From NCBI RefSeq assembly GCF_004010195.1, contig NC_057719.1, positions 71,750,055 through 71,814,054 of the forward strand: a stretch of DNA of 64,000 bases, written 5' to 3'. The translations under genes were made by a program, and so were the position numbers. The stretch is from Chiloscyllium plagiosum (Eukaryota). The notes under the pieces are model-generated. The model was not told the DNA's origin. It made no database searches and saw only the letters and a program-made list of their open reading frames with translations. Positions 37,382-48,062 of this stretch are shown here, piece after piece (positions within the stretch are counted from its first letter, which is position 1; each line of letters starts with the position of its first letter).

Positions 37382-37483
37382 TATATTGTTTGACATTGTC
37401 CGTGAGCCACCAACTCCTAGTGGGAAGGCAGTACAGGAACAAATTTGCAAAGAGAATTAGAAACAATATAAAATAATGCTAAT

Positions 37484-37717
37484 TCTGGAGTAGAGTGGTC
37501 CTGGAAAAGCACAGCAGTTCAGGCAGCATCCAAGGAGCAGAAAAATCTGATGTTTCGGGCAAAAGCCCTTCATCAGGAATACAGGCAGAGTGATGAAGGG
37601 CTTTTGCCCGAAACATCGGATTTCCTGCTCCTCGGATGCTGCCTGAACTGCTGTGCTTTTCCAGCACCACTCTACTCCAGAATCTGGTTTCCAGCATCTG
37701 CAGTCATTGTTTTTACC
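37484..37717 (+). mobile_element. Fold-back PLE-derived element, family A, about 15-bp TSD
   Basis: About 95 bp inverted arms; TSD taaaataatgctaat (37469-37483) / taaaataatgttaat (37718-37732). Confidence 0.85.
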
Positions 37718-39593
37718 TAAAATAATGTTAATGATGGCTTTAATTATCCAATTATAGATTGAGATAGTAATAATGTCAAGGGCAGAAGGGGCAAGAATTC
37801 CTCAAGTGTCTGCAGGAGAATGTTTGACGGCATTATGTATCCAATCCAATGAGAAAGAAAGCATTGCTAGACTTACCTCTTGGAAATGTGGCAGGCCAAG
37901 TAGATGAAGTGTCAGTGGGGGGGATAGTGATCACAATCGTAAGTTTTATGATTGCTTTGGGACAGGATAATGAACAATCCAGAGTGTGTAATTAATTGGG
38001 AGAAAGCCAACTTCAATGGGATAAGAATGGATTGAAATTGAGTCAGTTGGAGTCAAAGATTGGCTTAAGAAACAATAGCCTACCTTCAAAGACAATTTGA
38101 ACAGAGCTAAGATATATTCCTTCAAAAGGGAAAGATAGGGCAAGCAAACCCAGATGACAAAATAGGTATAAATTACAATTCGTTATAGTAGATGTTAGGT
38201 AGACAATGTAATTGACAACCAGCCTGAATATAGAAAATGGAGGAAGGGTGAGAAAGCAAAAAGAAGACAAAGGGGTCGTATGTAAAAATAATGGCAACTA
38301 ATATAAAGGGGAATTCCACACTGTCCTCAGGGGATATAAATAACAAAATAGTCGCAAAAAGGTTTAAGGGGCCTATAAAAAAAACAAACAAGGGATTTAT
38401 GCATAGAGACAGAGGGCACACGTCTGTCGGTGTGCCAATAAATTGCTTCCACAACTGCTTGTATCTCGGAAGTCTGAGTAGCAGCAGCCAAACAAAAATT
38501 CCAGGGAAGATTGAATGAGATCCTTGCTTTTCCTGATATATATTAATGGCCAAAACCTTGGTGTACAGGGCACAGTTTCAACCTCTTCAGACTATACTGA
38601 ACTTGAAAGCATTGTAAACTACAAGGAGGATATTGTAGAATTTCTAAAGAACATAGATTGCTGGAGTGAGTGCACGTTGCAGATGAAGCTCAATGTGGAG
38701 AAGTGTGAGGTGATATATTCTGGTGGGAAGAATGTGGAGAAGCAAAACAAAATAAGCAGAAAACTCTACGAGGGTGCAAAATCAAACTGTCCTGGCTGTC
38801 CATGTGCAGCAGTCTCTAAATGTGAGAGGACAGGTGAGAGAGACATTAATTAAGCATACCGTATTCTGGATCTCATTGATAAAGGCACCAAGAGAACTGA
38901 GCTTATGTTCAATTAACGTAAGACAGAAGTTAGATCTCAGCAGGAGCACTGAGTCCAGTTCTGATGACAGCAAAATGTTCTGCTTAGAGCTCTTTAAAGT
39001 CCACTGCACTGTTTGCATAGCTTCTGCACCATTCCCCCCTGACTGAAGGAAGTTGTGTGAATTCTACTAGCCATACAGTGTACATAACTCCCTAAAAGAA
39101 GGTAAACAGCACATTACCTGAGATCTGCATGTTGTTTGCCATCCTTGTAAAGCCATGTCCTATATTTAACTTTAAACATGAACTGTATTTGTATAGAACT
39201 TTCTGAAGCTGACATTTTTATATACAAATGAATATTTCAAGGAGCAGAGATGACTGCTGAAAGGCTAAGAGACTTTTGCTATCTCCATGGAGAATACCTC
39301 CAATTTCCAGAAAGTTCCTCTTTGAGCTAACCACAAATTGAACTAGAAAACCTGAACAAATAACACACTGATAGCTGTGCTAACACTGCCGGAATAGTGC
39401 TATAAGATGTACCACAGATCTCACTGAGGAGCAGAAATACCAGACTGAGAAAATTTCAAAGGACTTACATTTTAAGTAGAACATAGAAGAGTACAATACA
39501 GGAACAGACATCGCTATTCTAAACATTCTCATCTACTTGCACATGATCTGTATCCTTTTATTCCCTGTTCATGTGTCTATCTAAATTAGTCAC

Positions 39594-39690
39594 AGGGAAA
39601 TGGGTCTGGTTGGATAGCTCTTCGGACTGTCGATGTAGACTTGTTGGGCCAAAGGGCCTGTTTCCACGTTGTAGGGAATTTAATCTAAAT
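39594..39690 (+). mobile_element. HE1 SINE 3' fragment inside a minus-strand CR1 tail (about 39478-39770)
   Basis: gggaaatgggtctgg..gacttgttgggccaaagggcctgtttccac matches the HE1 3' end. Confidence 0.75.
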
Positions 39691-39822
39691 GCCTCTTAAC
39701 TGTTGCTATTGTATCTGATTCTACCACCCCCCTTTGCAGCATTCCAGGCATCTACCACCCTTTGTACAGTTACATCTGTAAGCACAGAACCCAGGCTATA
39801 CTTATGCATTTGTAGTATTATT

Positions 39823-41565
39823 TAGAACATAGAACATTAGAGCGCAATACAGGCCGTTTGGCCCTTGATGTTGCACCGACCTGTGGAACCAATCTGAAGC
39901 CTATCTACCTTACACTATTCCATTTTCATCCATATGGTTATCCAATGAACATTTAAATGCCCTTAAAGTTGGCGAGTTTGCTACTGTTGCAGGCAGGGTG
40001 TTCTACACTCCTATTACTCGCTGAATAAAGAAACTACCTCTGACATCTGTCCTATATCTACCACCACTCAATTTAAAGCTATCTCCCCTCGTGCTGGCCA
40101 TCACCAGGCTCTCACTGTCCACCCTATCTAACCCTCTGATTATCTTACATGTCTCAATTAAGTCACCTCTCAACCTTTCTCTCTCAAACGAAAACAGCCT
40201 CAATCCCTCAGCCTTTCCTCCTAAGACCTTCCCTCCATACAAGGCAGCATCCTGGTAAATCTTCTCTGAACCCTTTCCAAAGCTTCCACATTCTTCCTAT
40301 AATGTGGTGACCAGAACTGTATGCAATACTCCAAGTGCAGCTGCACCAGAATTTTGTACAGCTGCAGCATGACCTCGTGGCTCTGAAACTCAACCCCTCT
40401 ACCAATAAAAACTAACACACTGTATGCCTTCTTAACAACCTTATCAATCTGGGTGGCAACTTTCAGGGATCTATATACATGGACACTGAGATCTATCTGC
40501 TCATCTACACTACCAAGAATCTTGCAATTGGCCCAGTACTCTGCATTCCTGTTCTTCTTTCCAAAGTGAATTACCTCACACTTTTCGGCATCATTTGCCA
40601 ACTCTCAGCCCAGCTCTACAGCTTATCTATGTCCCTCTGTAACCTGCAACATCCTTCAGCACTATCCACAACTCCACTGACCTTAATGTCATCCACAAAT
40701 TTACTAACCCATCCTTCTATTACTCGATCTAGGCCATTTATAAAAATGACAAACAGCAATGTCCCCAAAACAAATCCTTGCAGTATACCATTCGTAACTG
40801 AACTCCAGGATGAATATTTCCCATCAACCACCACCCTCTGTCTTCTTTCAGCTAGCCAAGTTCTGATCCAAACTGCAAAATCACTCTTAATCCCCTGTCT
40901 CCATATTTTGTGCAAGAGCCTACCATGGGAAAATGTATCAAATGCTTTACTGAAATCCATATACACCACATCAACTGCATTACCCTCATCCACCTGTTTG
41001 GTCACCATCTCATCGAATTCAATAAGGTGTGTGAGGTACAACCTATCCTTCACAAAACCGTGTTGACTATTGCTAATCAATTTTTGCTCCCTCAATTATT
41101 ATAAATCCTATCTCTTATAACCTTTTCCAACACTTTACCCGCAACGGAAGTAAGGCTCACTGGTCTATAATTATCAGGGTTGTCTCTACTCCCCTTCTTG
41201 AACAAGGGGACAACATTTGCAATCCTCCAGTCTTCTGGCGCTATTCCTGTAGACAATGATAACACAAAGACCAAAGCCAAATGCTCTGCAATATTCTCCC
41301 TGGCTTCCTCGAGAATCCTAGGATAAATCCCATCTGGCCCAGGAGACTTATCCATTTTCATACTGTCCAGAATTGCTAATACCTCCTCCTTATGAACCTC
41401 AATCCTGTTTAGTCTAACAGCCTGGATCTCAGTATTCTCCTCGACAACATTGTCTTTTTTCAGTGTGAGTACTGACAAAAAATATTCATTTAGCACTTTA
41501 CCATTCTCCTCGGACACCACATACAACTTCTCCCTACTAACCTTGATTGATCCTAATCTTTGTCT
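39823..41565 (-). mobile_element. CR1 LINE, 5'-truncated
   Basis: ORFs 41092, 40616, 40221 and 40003(-): DKSPGPDGIYP, NYRPVSLTS, SQHGF, MDFSKAFD, KFVDD; (gaacata) tail at 39823. Confidence 0.95.
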
Positions 41566-43892
41566 AGTTAGTGTTATCAATAAATCTTAAGACATCTGTC
41601 TCATAAGAACCTAACTCTAAGATGTTACACAGGCTACATAGATTTGAAGGTGGGTTACTGAAAAGTGATGTTGGATGAAAGCAGCACATTTCTGACTGAA
41701 TTCTGTCAGCCATTTTGGAAGTTGTTGCACATGCTTTTTGAAGTTTGCATTGCTCCAGAACAATATCAACACAGGCATAGTACACTCTGATGATTTCAAG
41801 AGTGAAAGCAATCATAGATGATATACATAGTCTATGGATCTACAGAGAGTTCATGAGTTGAATTTGAAGCTAAACAAAAAGAAGTTGCAACCGTTTATGA
41901 CTTCAGTCTAGTGCACAGATCATGTGTGCACAGTACAATGCCTTTGTCCTGATCCTGAAATGCTGAAGTTGAAGTGCAGATGCAGATGTGTGTGTAGTGC
42001 AAATTTACTTTGTTGTAAACTACCTGATAAAATTCATGCCTAATTTGTCATCAAAGTGTGAAGCTCAACACAAACTCCCTGCCAAGGACATGCCATGGTA
42101 GTGAGACACAGAACAAGAAACAGCTATCACTCACATCAAACAACTAGTGAATGGCAGTGCTGTGGAATTTCGAGGTCAGCAATGACATCACCCTGCAATG
42201 TGATGCCAATAAATCTTGGAGCAAATTGCACGAAGTAAGGACAACGAGTGAATTGAAATCCCGATTATTAACACAACTGAAGAATACTATTTTGGATTGA
42301 GAAAGAGTGTCTGTCATTGTCCTTGCTTTTGAGCGCTTGCTTTTAATACCTGTTTGGCAGAAACAAATTGATTTTAGAGTGTGACCACTTCAAAGCACCT
42401 TTTGCGTTACTTCTATTTGCTTAAAATGTTTACAAAGAATACTACTTTGGTTGCAAGGAGGAATGTACAAGCAAGAAAGCAGATGTACATTACTGGCATG
42501 CTGTCAAGAGCAACACATCTTATGAAGGAAGCTTTTACAGAATGAAACCTTGAAAATTCAATGAGAAGCAACCACTTATTATGCCCTGGAATTCATCAAC
42601 CCAGCAAAAACAGGCTGAGCCTTTTAATGGGAATAATACTTCCCAGTAAATGAACATCACCCTGGAATTAACAGATAGCAGACGAACAGAGAGAAAGTGA
42701 GGACTGCAGATACTGGAGCCACAAAAACTCACACGTGCGTCAGTAAAAGAGCTGAATGCTTTAGAGAGTATGGATATGATGCATATGCAGAGGCCATAGA
42801 AGTGGGGTCACCGCATTAACATTCACTTACAATCCTTTTTAGCCTCTATTTAAACCTCAAGGTCTACTTCAGATCATCCCTTACTTGTATCCATCTTGTA
42901 GATAGTCTTTACTATTTCCTAACTAAACCTCCTTTAATTTTGTTTTTCTCCCCCTACACTTACATTTAATTCCAATTGTTGTAAAAACAGTTTCACTCGG
43001 AACTATGTGTCAATACTTTGAGATTTAAAAATCTATGCTATTGTTCTGACTAGCTTAACCATGTAATGCCATTGTCCAGCAGTAAACAATATTTGAAACC
43101 CATTCTGCAATGCTATGTATTTCCGCATGTGAGTCACTCCATGTGCCTGTAATACATGCGTCCATCTATGACTGCACATTTGCTTTGGAATCCAATATCT
43201 GTTATTTTACCTCCACCAAAAATTCCCAAACATCACCTTACATCTGTCTATGAGCATGTGGTTGCTCTTCCAATACAAAGTCCATCATCGGCACTTGTAA
43301 ATCATAAGAGATTATAGGATAAGGGAGACGCAAACCCCCTTATTTGTAATAGAGTCAAAGAGGTCCATAGCACAGAAAACACCTGGTTTCCCCATCAAGT
43401 TTGCACCAGTTATAAACAAGCGCCTAACTGTATTTTTGCTTATTTAAGCCCACTCTGTCATTTCTCCCAGCTGTTCTCCATTCCGGTTTCATTATAGAGA
43501 GCTACTCAGTTTTTCCCATCAGAGACTGAACAGCTATGGCATCACTGGTAGCACCAAGTGAATCAACACATTTATCATTTTACCCACAAATAGTTCAGAA
43601 CCTCACAAAATCTTAAAATACATCTAGTAGTTACTGCAGGCATTCTTCACTCATTTGAAGCAATTATATCAAAACATAATCCAGGTAGGATGCCGTAAAT
43701 TTTATAATTGTAGCTAATCGAAAGTAAAGCAACTGTTCTGTTGATACAATGCTTCTTTGCTTTTGTGTTCCTTTCAAACTACATAGCCCTACATCACTGA
43801 GTTATTTTTTCTGAACTGTTACTTGCTGAAATGTATCTTTCTTTTTGTCTTAGAAAATATTTCCTTCCATCTGTCAAATTTAACAATATTTC

Positions 43893-44089
43893 TGTAATGG
43901 TTGGAACTAGGGCCAGGTGGATCTTATTGAATAAGAGATCCTTGATTGCGGCTGTTAACCAGGGAGCCCTGGCTGACACATATAAACAGGAGGTTAGTCT
44001 CCTCAGTCCAGGGACTGATTTTGAGCTGGCTGGTTAAAGCCCAAGTACTGTTCACATGGAAATAAAGGGTGATTTGGGCAATTATTTCA
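43893..44089 (+). mobile_element. Solo LTR, 197 bp
   Basis: TGTAAT...ATTTCA termini, TATA-like tataaa at 43981, aataaa at 44061, flanks atttc (43888-43892) / atctc (44090-44094). Confidence 0.7.
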
Positions 44090-46724
44090 ATCTCTTGTAA
44101 ATTACCCACAAACAGATCCCAAGAAACATGCACTATTACATTTTATGAAGTCTCAATAAGTGCATAACTGAATCAAAGGCATATTTCCCCATTTTGATCC
44201 TCTATGTAAAAACTCTGGAAACAGTTGCTTTTTTGATGAGAAATCAGATGTACATGGACAAGAATTGTAATTAGTGCCTCCTCTTTGCTGATGTTATTGT
44301 TATATAACCTGACAGAAATAATGTTCCTCCACGTCATGGCAGACCAGCAAATGATATACCCACCAAATGTCTTACTCAACTGAGAACTGTTGACTACTGT
44401 TAAACCTGATTGCTAAGTTTGAATGTCAGCTTAAAGCCTCATTTTTAAACACGTGTGGGTGCAGTTAACAATAGTAGAGCTGACTCTGATTTTTTTTTGC
44501 AAAATTTGACAATAATGGGACTAAATCTTAACAACAGTGCTATATAGATACACTGGAATAATTTTAATGATTTTGTACATGGAAATTAAATTGTAAGGTA
44601 GAAATCTCCACATTCAGAAGGTTGAACTAATTTGACATTTTTGATGAGGAATTATACTAATTTAATTCTGCTTTATAGCATGAAAAATAACTATAAAATT
44701 GGAAACTAAACAGTGTACTCAGAGAAGACACTTTTTACATCAAGTAGGATATAAAGCCAAATCACTGACTACAGTAAAATCTATAATGCACTTCTCAAAG
44801 GCACTAAAACTCTTATCACTTCTTTATAGACATACTATTGTACACAGTCCTTTTACTATGGGCTAGCTGTGTTATTGATTTTTACTTTGACAATCACAAC
44901 AGAAGCTAGCACTGTTATATCTCAGGTTTGTTGATACATACAGCAAAGATAACTGATGTGCAATTGTCGATACCTGCTGTAACAATCACCATGTAATAAC
45001 AAGTGGCCTGCCCACTCCAATTTCACTCCAGGGCATGGATGTACTGCAAGGGATGAAATTGATTCCAGATAAATAACCAGCTTTGTGAGATATTTCATCT
45101 TCAAATTAGGAATTACAAGAAAGTGCAATATTTGTGCCTCAACTCATTTGATCACTCACTCTGCAACAGAATCTAGGTGCTAATGTGTGGAAGATTAAAC
45201 TTCTAACACTTATCAATGTCTTTTTTTGTGAAAATATGGAATATATTGGTAGTATGTAGAATGCTGAGCACAGAAAATACAGATAATTGACTTTAAGCTT
45301 AATTGTGCAATTCAGCATTTTGGTTAAATCAGTAGAAAAAGAGCTGTGAAAGGAACGTGCTACTAAGGCAAAAATGCTTGGCTTCATCCTACAAAATGTT
45401 ATAATGGAATGAAGATCAGTACAAATGAATTTTTTTGAAAAAGAGAAAAAATTCATCTTAAAGTTCTTAATGTGTATAAAACACACAAAAATACCTGTTT
45501 CAAACTTAGGTGAATTTAAAAATATTATTGAATGAGATTCTTTCCTGTGCTTTGACAGTTCATAGAATATCGACCATTGTTCTTGTTCATAGTGAAAGCA
45601 ATAAGGATCTTTTAATGTTATGCAGCAATTAGAAAGCAATTCTTCCACTGAATGTAACACTTTGTACATGAACTGGACTTTCTGGTGCTTACTATAAGAC
45701 ATGGAAGAGACAGGTTTTTAAAAGATGTTTGGCAGCAGGTAACACGGGCTGCTTTGTTGCTATATGGAGAGAAATATAAGTAACTCTGCGTATAACCTGG
45801 GAGAGGTCGAAGATCTCAGCCTGTTCCACTACGTTTTGCTTTTCCTGCCAGCTGCTAAATTAAGAAACATATGTTCCAAATTGCTTCATTTAGAACCTCA
45901 CTTACAAGTCCAATTTTATTTCGGTGTTATATTATCTGATGTATTTGCAATTGAGAATAATCCCTAGTATTTATTGCTGAGGCAATACCAATCCTGAAAA
46001 TGTTTCTTTACTAGTTAATAATCATTGCTTTTACTGTACCATAAAAAGGTAATAGCTGTAATGCTAATAAAGTGTATTAATAGCGATGTCAGATCCCATG
46101 AAACTGGGACCTGAGGGAAGAAGATTCTGAAGGATTTCTGCTGAATCATATCTCTGTAAACAGTAAATAAATGCTCATAGTTTACATTATACATAGCTTT
46201 GGTATAGACCATGAAAGAAGTGATCAATTTCTGGCAAAGATTTGGGTCCAGATCTGAATCCTGGATATTTCATTTCTGTCAACATTGGGGGATAGGACAA
46301 ATTGTTTTTTGTAAAGATTGCTGTGGGTTGCTTTACATCAAATGGTGTTAGTTGCTTAAGGACGTTATGAATTGTCTCAGATGTTGCACTAAAATTTATC
46401 ACAGCTTTAAAACTTTCAGCAGATTTTTCAATGCAGTATATAGATCATCCTGAAACCTCTTCAGTGAGATGGAAGCGTCTTATAAAAATATTTATATTTT
46501 TAGCTGCGTAGTTATCACTCAGGCAGGGAAACAGAAGTGGTGAATCATTATAACAGGGTTGAATTAATAGCTGAATTGAATTAATAGCTGAACAAAGACA
46601 TGCCCTTGACTAAGTACCCCTTCCATTGTTTTTATATTACAATGAAATCCACAATTTGCAGGACCAGTGGGGAAATATATGTGAGCTAGGTGATACAGAA
46701 CTTAAACATTGCTAAAAAGTGACA

Positions 46725-47150
46725 AGAAGTTGAAGCTTTTCCTCTCACAGTCATGAATTAAGACACAAGAAACATACTTGATAACAGAGAATCTATTTGC
46801 AAGGCTGTGCTTGCAAGCCACAAGAAGCTATTTCCACAATTCGATATGATTCTACTATTGGAAATTATTTACTAAATAATCCAGATTGATCTGAGAGTTA
46901 CACCAAAAACCAGTTCAGATTCACTGTGCAGTATGTTTGCATGCAATTGAAGCCACAGGACTCAGTTTTCATGTAGGCAAAAGGAATTTATACATACACT
47001 GCACTTTTTTCAAAAAAGGAGTCATAGAGACAACCTATCTCTGCTGCATCTCCATGACAACACCCTAACCAATCAGAAACTACCTGCCAGCTCTGAAAAT
47101 TAGAATTGACAGTTAACTGTTCTTGCTGCATCTCCAACCAATAATCGTCT
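46725..47150 (+). mobile_element. Penelope-like element 3' end with inverted terminal piece
   Basis: 46830-47010 gives ISTIRYDSTIGNYLLNNPD*SESYTKNQFR..LHAIEAT..CRQKEFIHTLHFF (frameshifted), homologous to 29820-30060(-); 46729-46765(-) carries GAAA-AGCT-TC. Confidence 0.72.
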
Positions 47151-47228
47151 TATGGTTAATAAAATGAGATAAGAAGATTTCCTTCCCCAGAAGACATTAG
47201 GGAACCAGGTGGAGGTTTTTCCAACAAT

Positions 47229-47394
47229 GGAACAGGAGAATCGATGTTTCGGGCATAAGCCCTTCTTCAGGAATCGGGCTTATGCCCGAAACGTCGATTC
47301 TCCTGTTCCTGGGATGCTGCCTGACCTACTGTGCTTTTCCAGCAACACATTTTCAGCTCTGATCTCCAGCATCTGCAGTCCTCACTTTCTCCTC
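47229..47394 (+). mobile_element. Fold-back PLE-derived element, family A, exact 14-bp TSD
   Basis: TSD gtttttccaacaat at 47215-47228 and 47395-47408; short inverted arm followed by the full family A body. Confidence 0.88.
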
Positions 47395-47429
47395 GTTTTT
47401 CCAACAATCCATGGTAAGTTCATGGTGTG

Positions 47430-48062
47430 AAGTCGCAAGACCCTAGTGCATTAGTCTGAACTTCCGGTTTACACTGCCACCATCGTCCCCTGGCATTAAA
47501 CAAAAGCAAAACACATAGCCTTCAGAGATTAAACATTAGCAGAATAACAGTACAGACAGACGAGAGGGTGAGTGTGGGATGAAACCTGAAGGTTGTATTT
47601 AGTTGCTGGAATGAGGAAACTGGTTAGTGAGTTACTGTTGCTATTTCAGGTATTTTGTAGGGACAAATTGATCAAATTTTGGTGAATACCATGCCTGTGA
47701 GACTACATGTGACTGGGAACAGCTGCTTAAGGACAATCAAAAAGTTAATAGCTGTGTTGAGACAGGAACTGGATCTTTGCCTAAGAAAGCCAGAGTTTGA
47801 AGGATTTGTTGCTGTATCTGGTGCCTTATTTGCTAAAGGAACTGTCAGTAAAGGTATGAGATCAATTTTTATTGTGCCAATCATTTAAAAGTCTAAACTA
47901 TTGTTTTTATTGGATATGACTTGCATGTTGGTTCATGTTTAATTAACGTTCAGTTCTGTTTGCTTGTTATAAAAAGTGAAATCTTGTCCATTGCTTCTTT
48001 TTTTGGGAGTTGTTTAGTAAGTTTGTTTTCTTTTGTTTATTGGTCTCTGTGGGATCATATTA
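47430..48062 (+). mobile_element. Possible old solo LTR
   Basis: Ends ..tataaaaagtgaaatcttgtc..ggtctctgtgggatcata, LTR-like in my recollection of shark repeats; termini and TSD not resolved. Confidence 0.25.

Larger units (their letters stand above)
37060..38950 (+). mobile_element. Old, heavily deleted CR1 LINE with nested MITE and fold-back element
   Basis: Remnant APE and RT motifs; ORF 38515 LLFLIYING..SDYTEL..MKLNVEKCEVI. Confidence 0.75.
39250..42800 (+). mobile_element. Decayed Gypsy LTR retrotransposon internal region (gag-like remnant, RT, RNase H), split by CR1 insertions
   Basis: 41570-42530 translates with frameshifts to IDLKVGY*KVMLDESSTFLT..PF, KAIIDDI.VYG, LKLNKKK, PDPE, VNYLIKFMPNLS, ITLQCDA, IEKECL.IV, MYITGMLSRA. 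The gag assignment at 39250-39480 is weaker. Confidence 0.8.

Noticed and set aside
385..41066. Long ORFs antisense to CR1 ORF2 (e.g. 385..843, 28626..29096, 40479..41066)
   Set aside because: Antisense shadows of LINE coding sequence with no independent gene evidence.
45139..45702. 187-aa minus-strand ORF as a gene
   Set aside because: No recognisable domain, composition typical of AT-rich DNA and no convincing splice sites; kept only as part of the unique-island finding.
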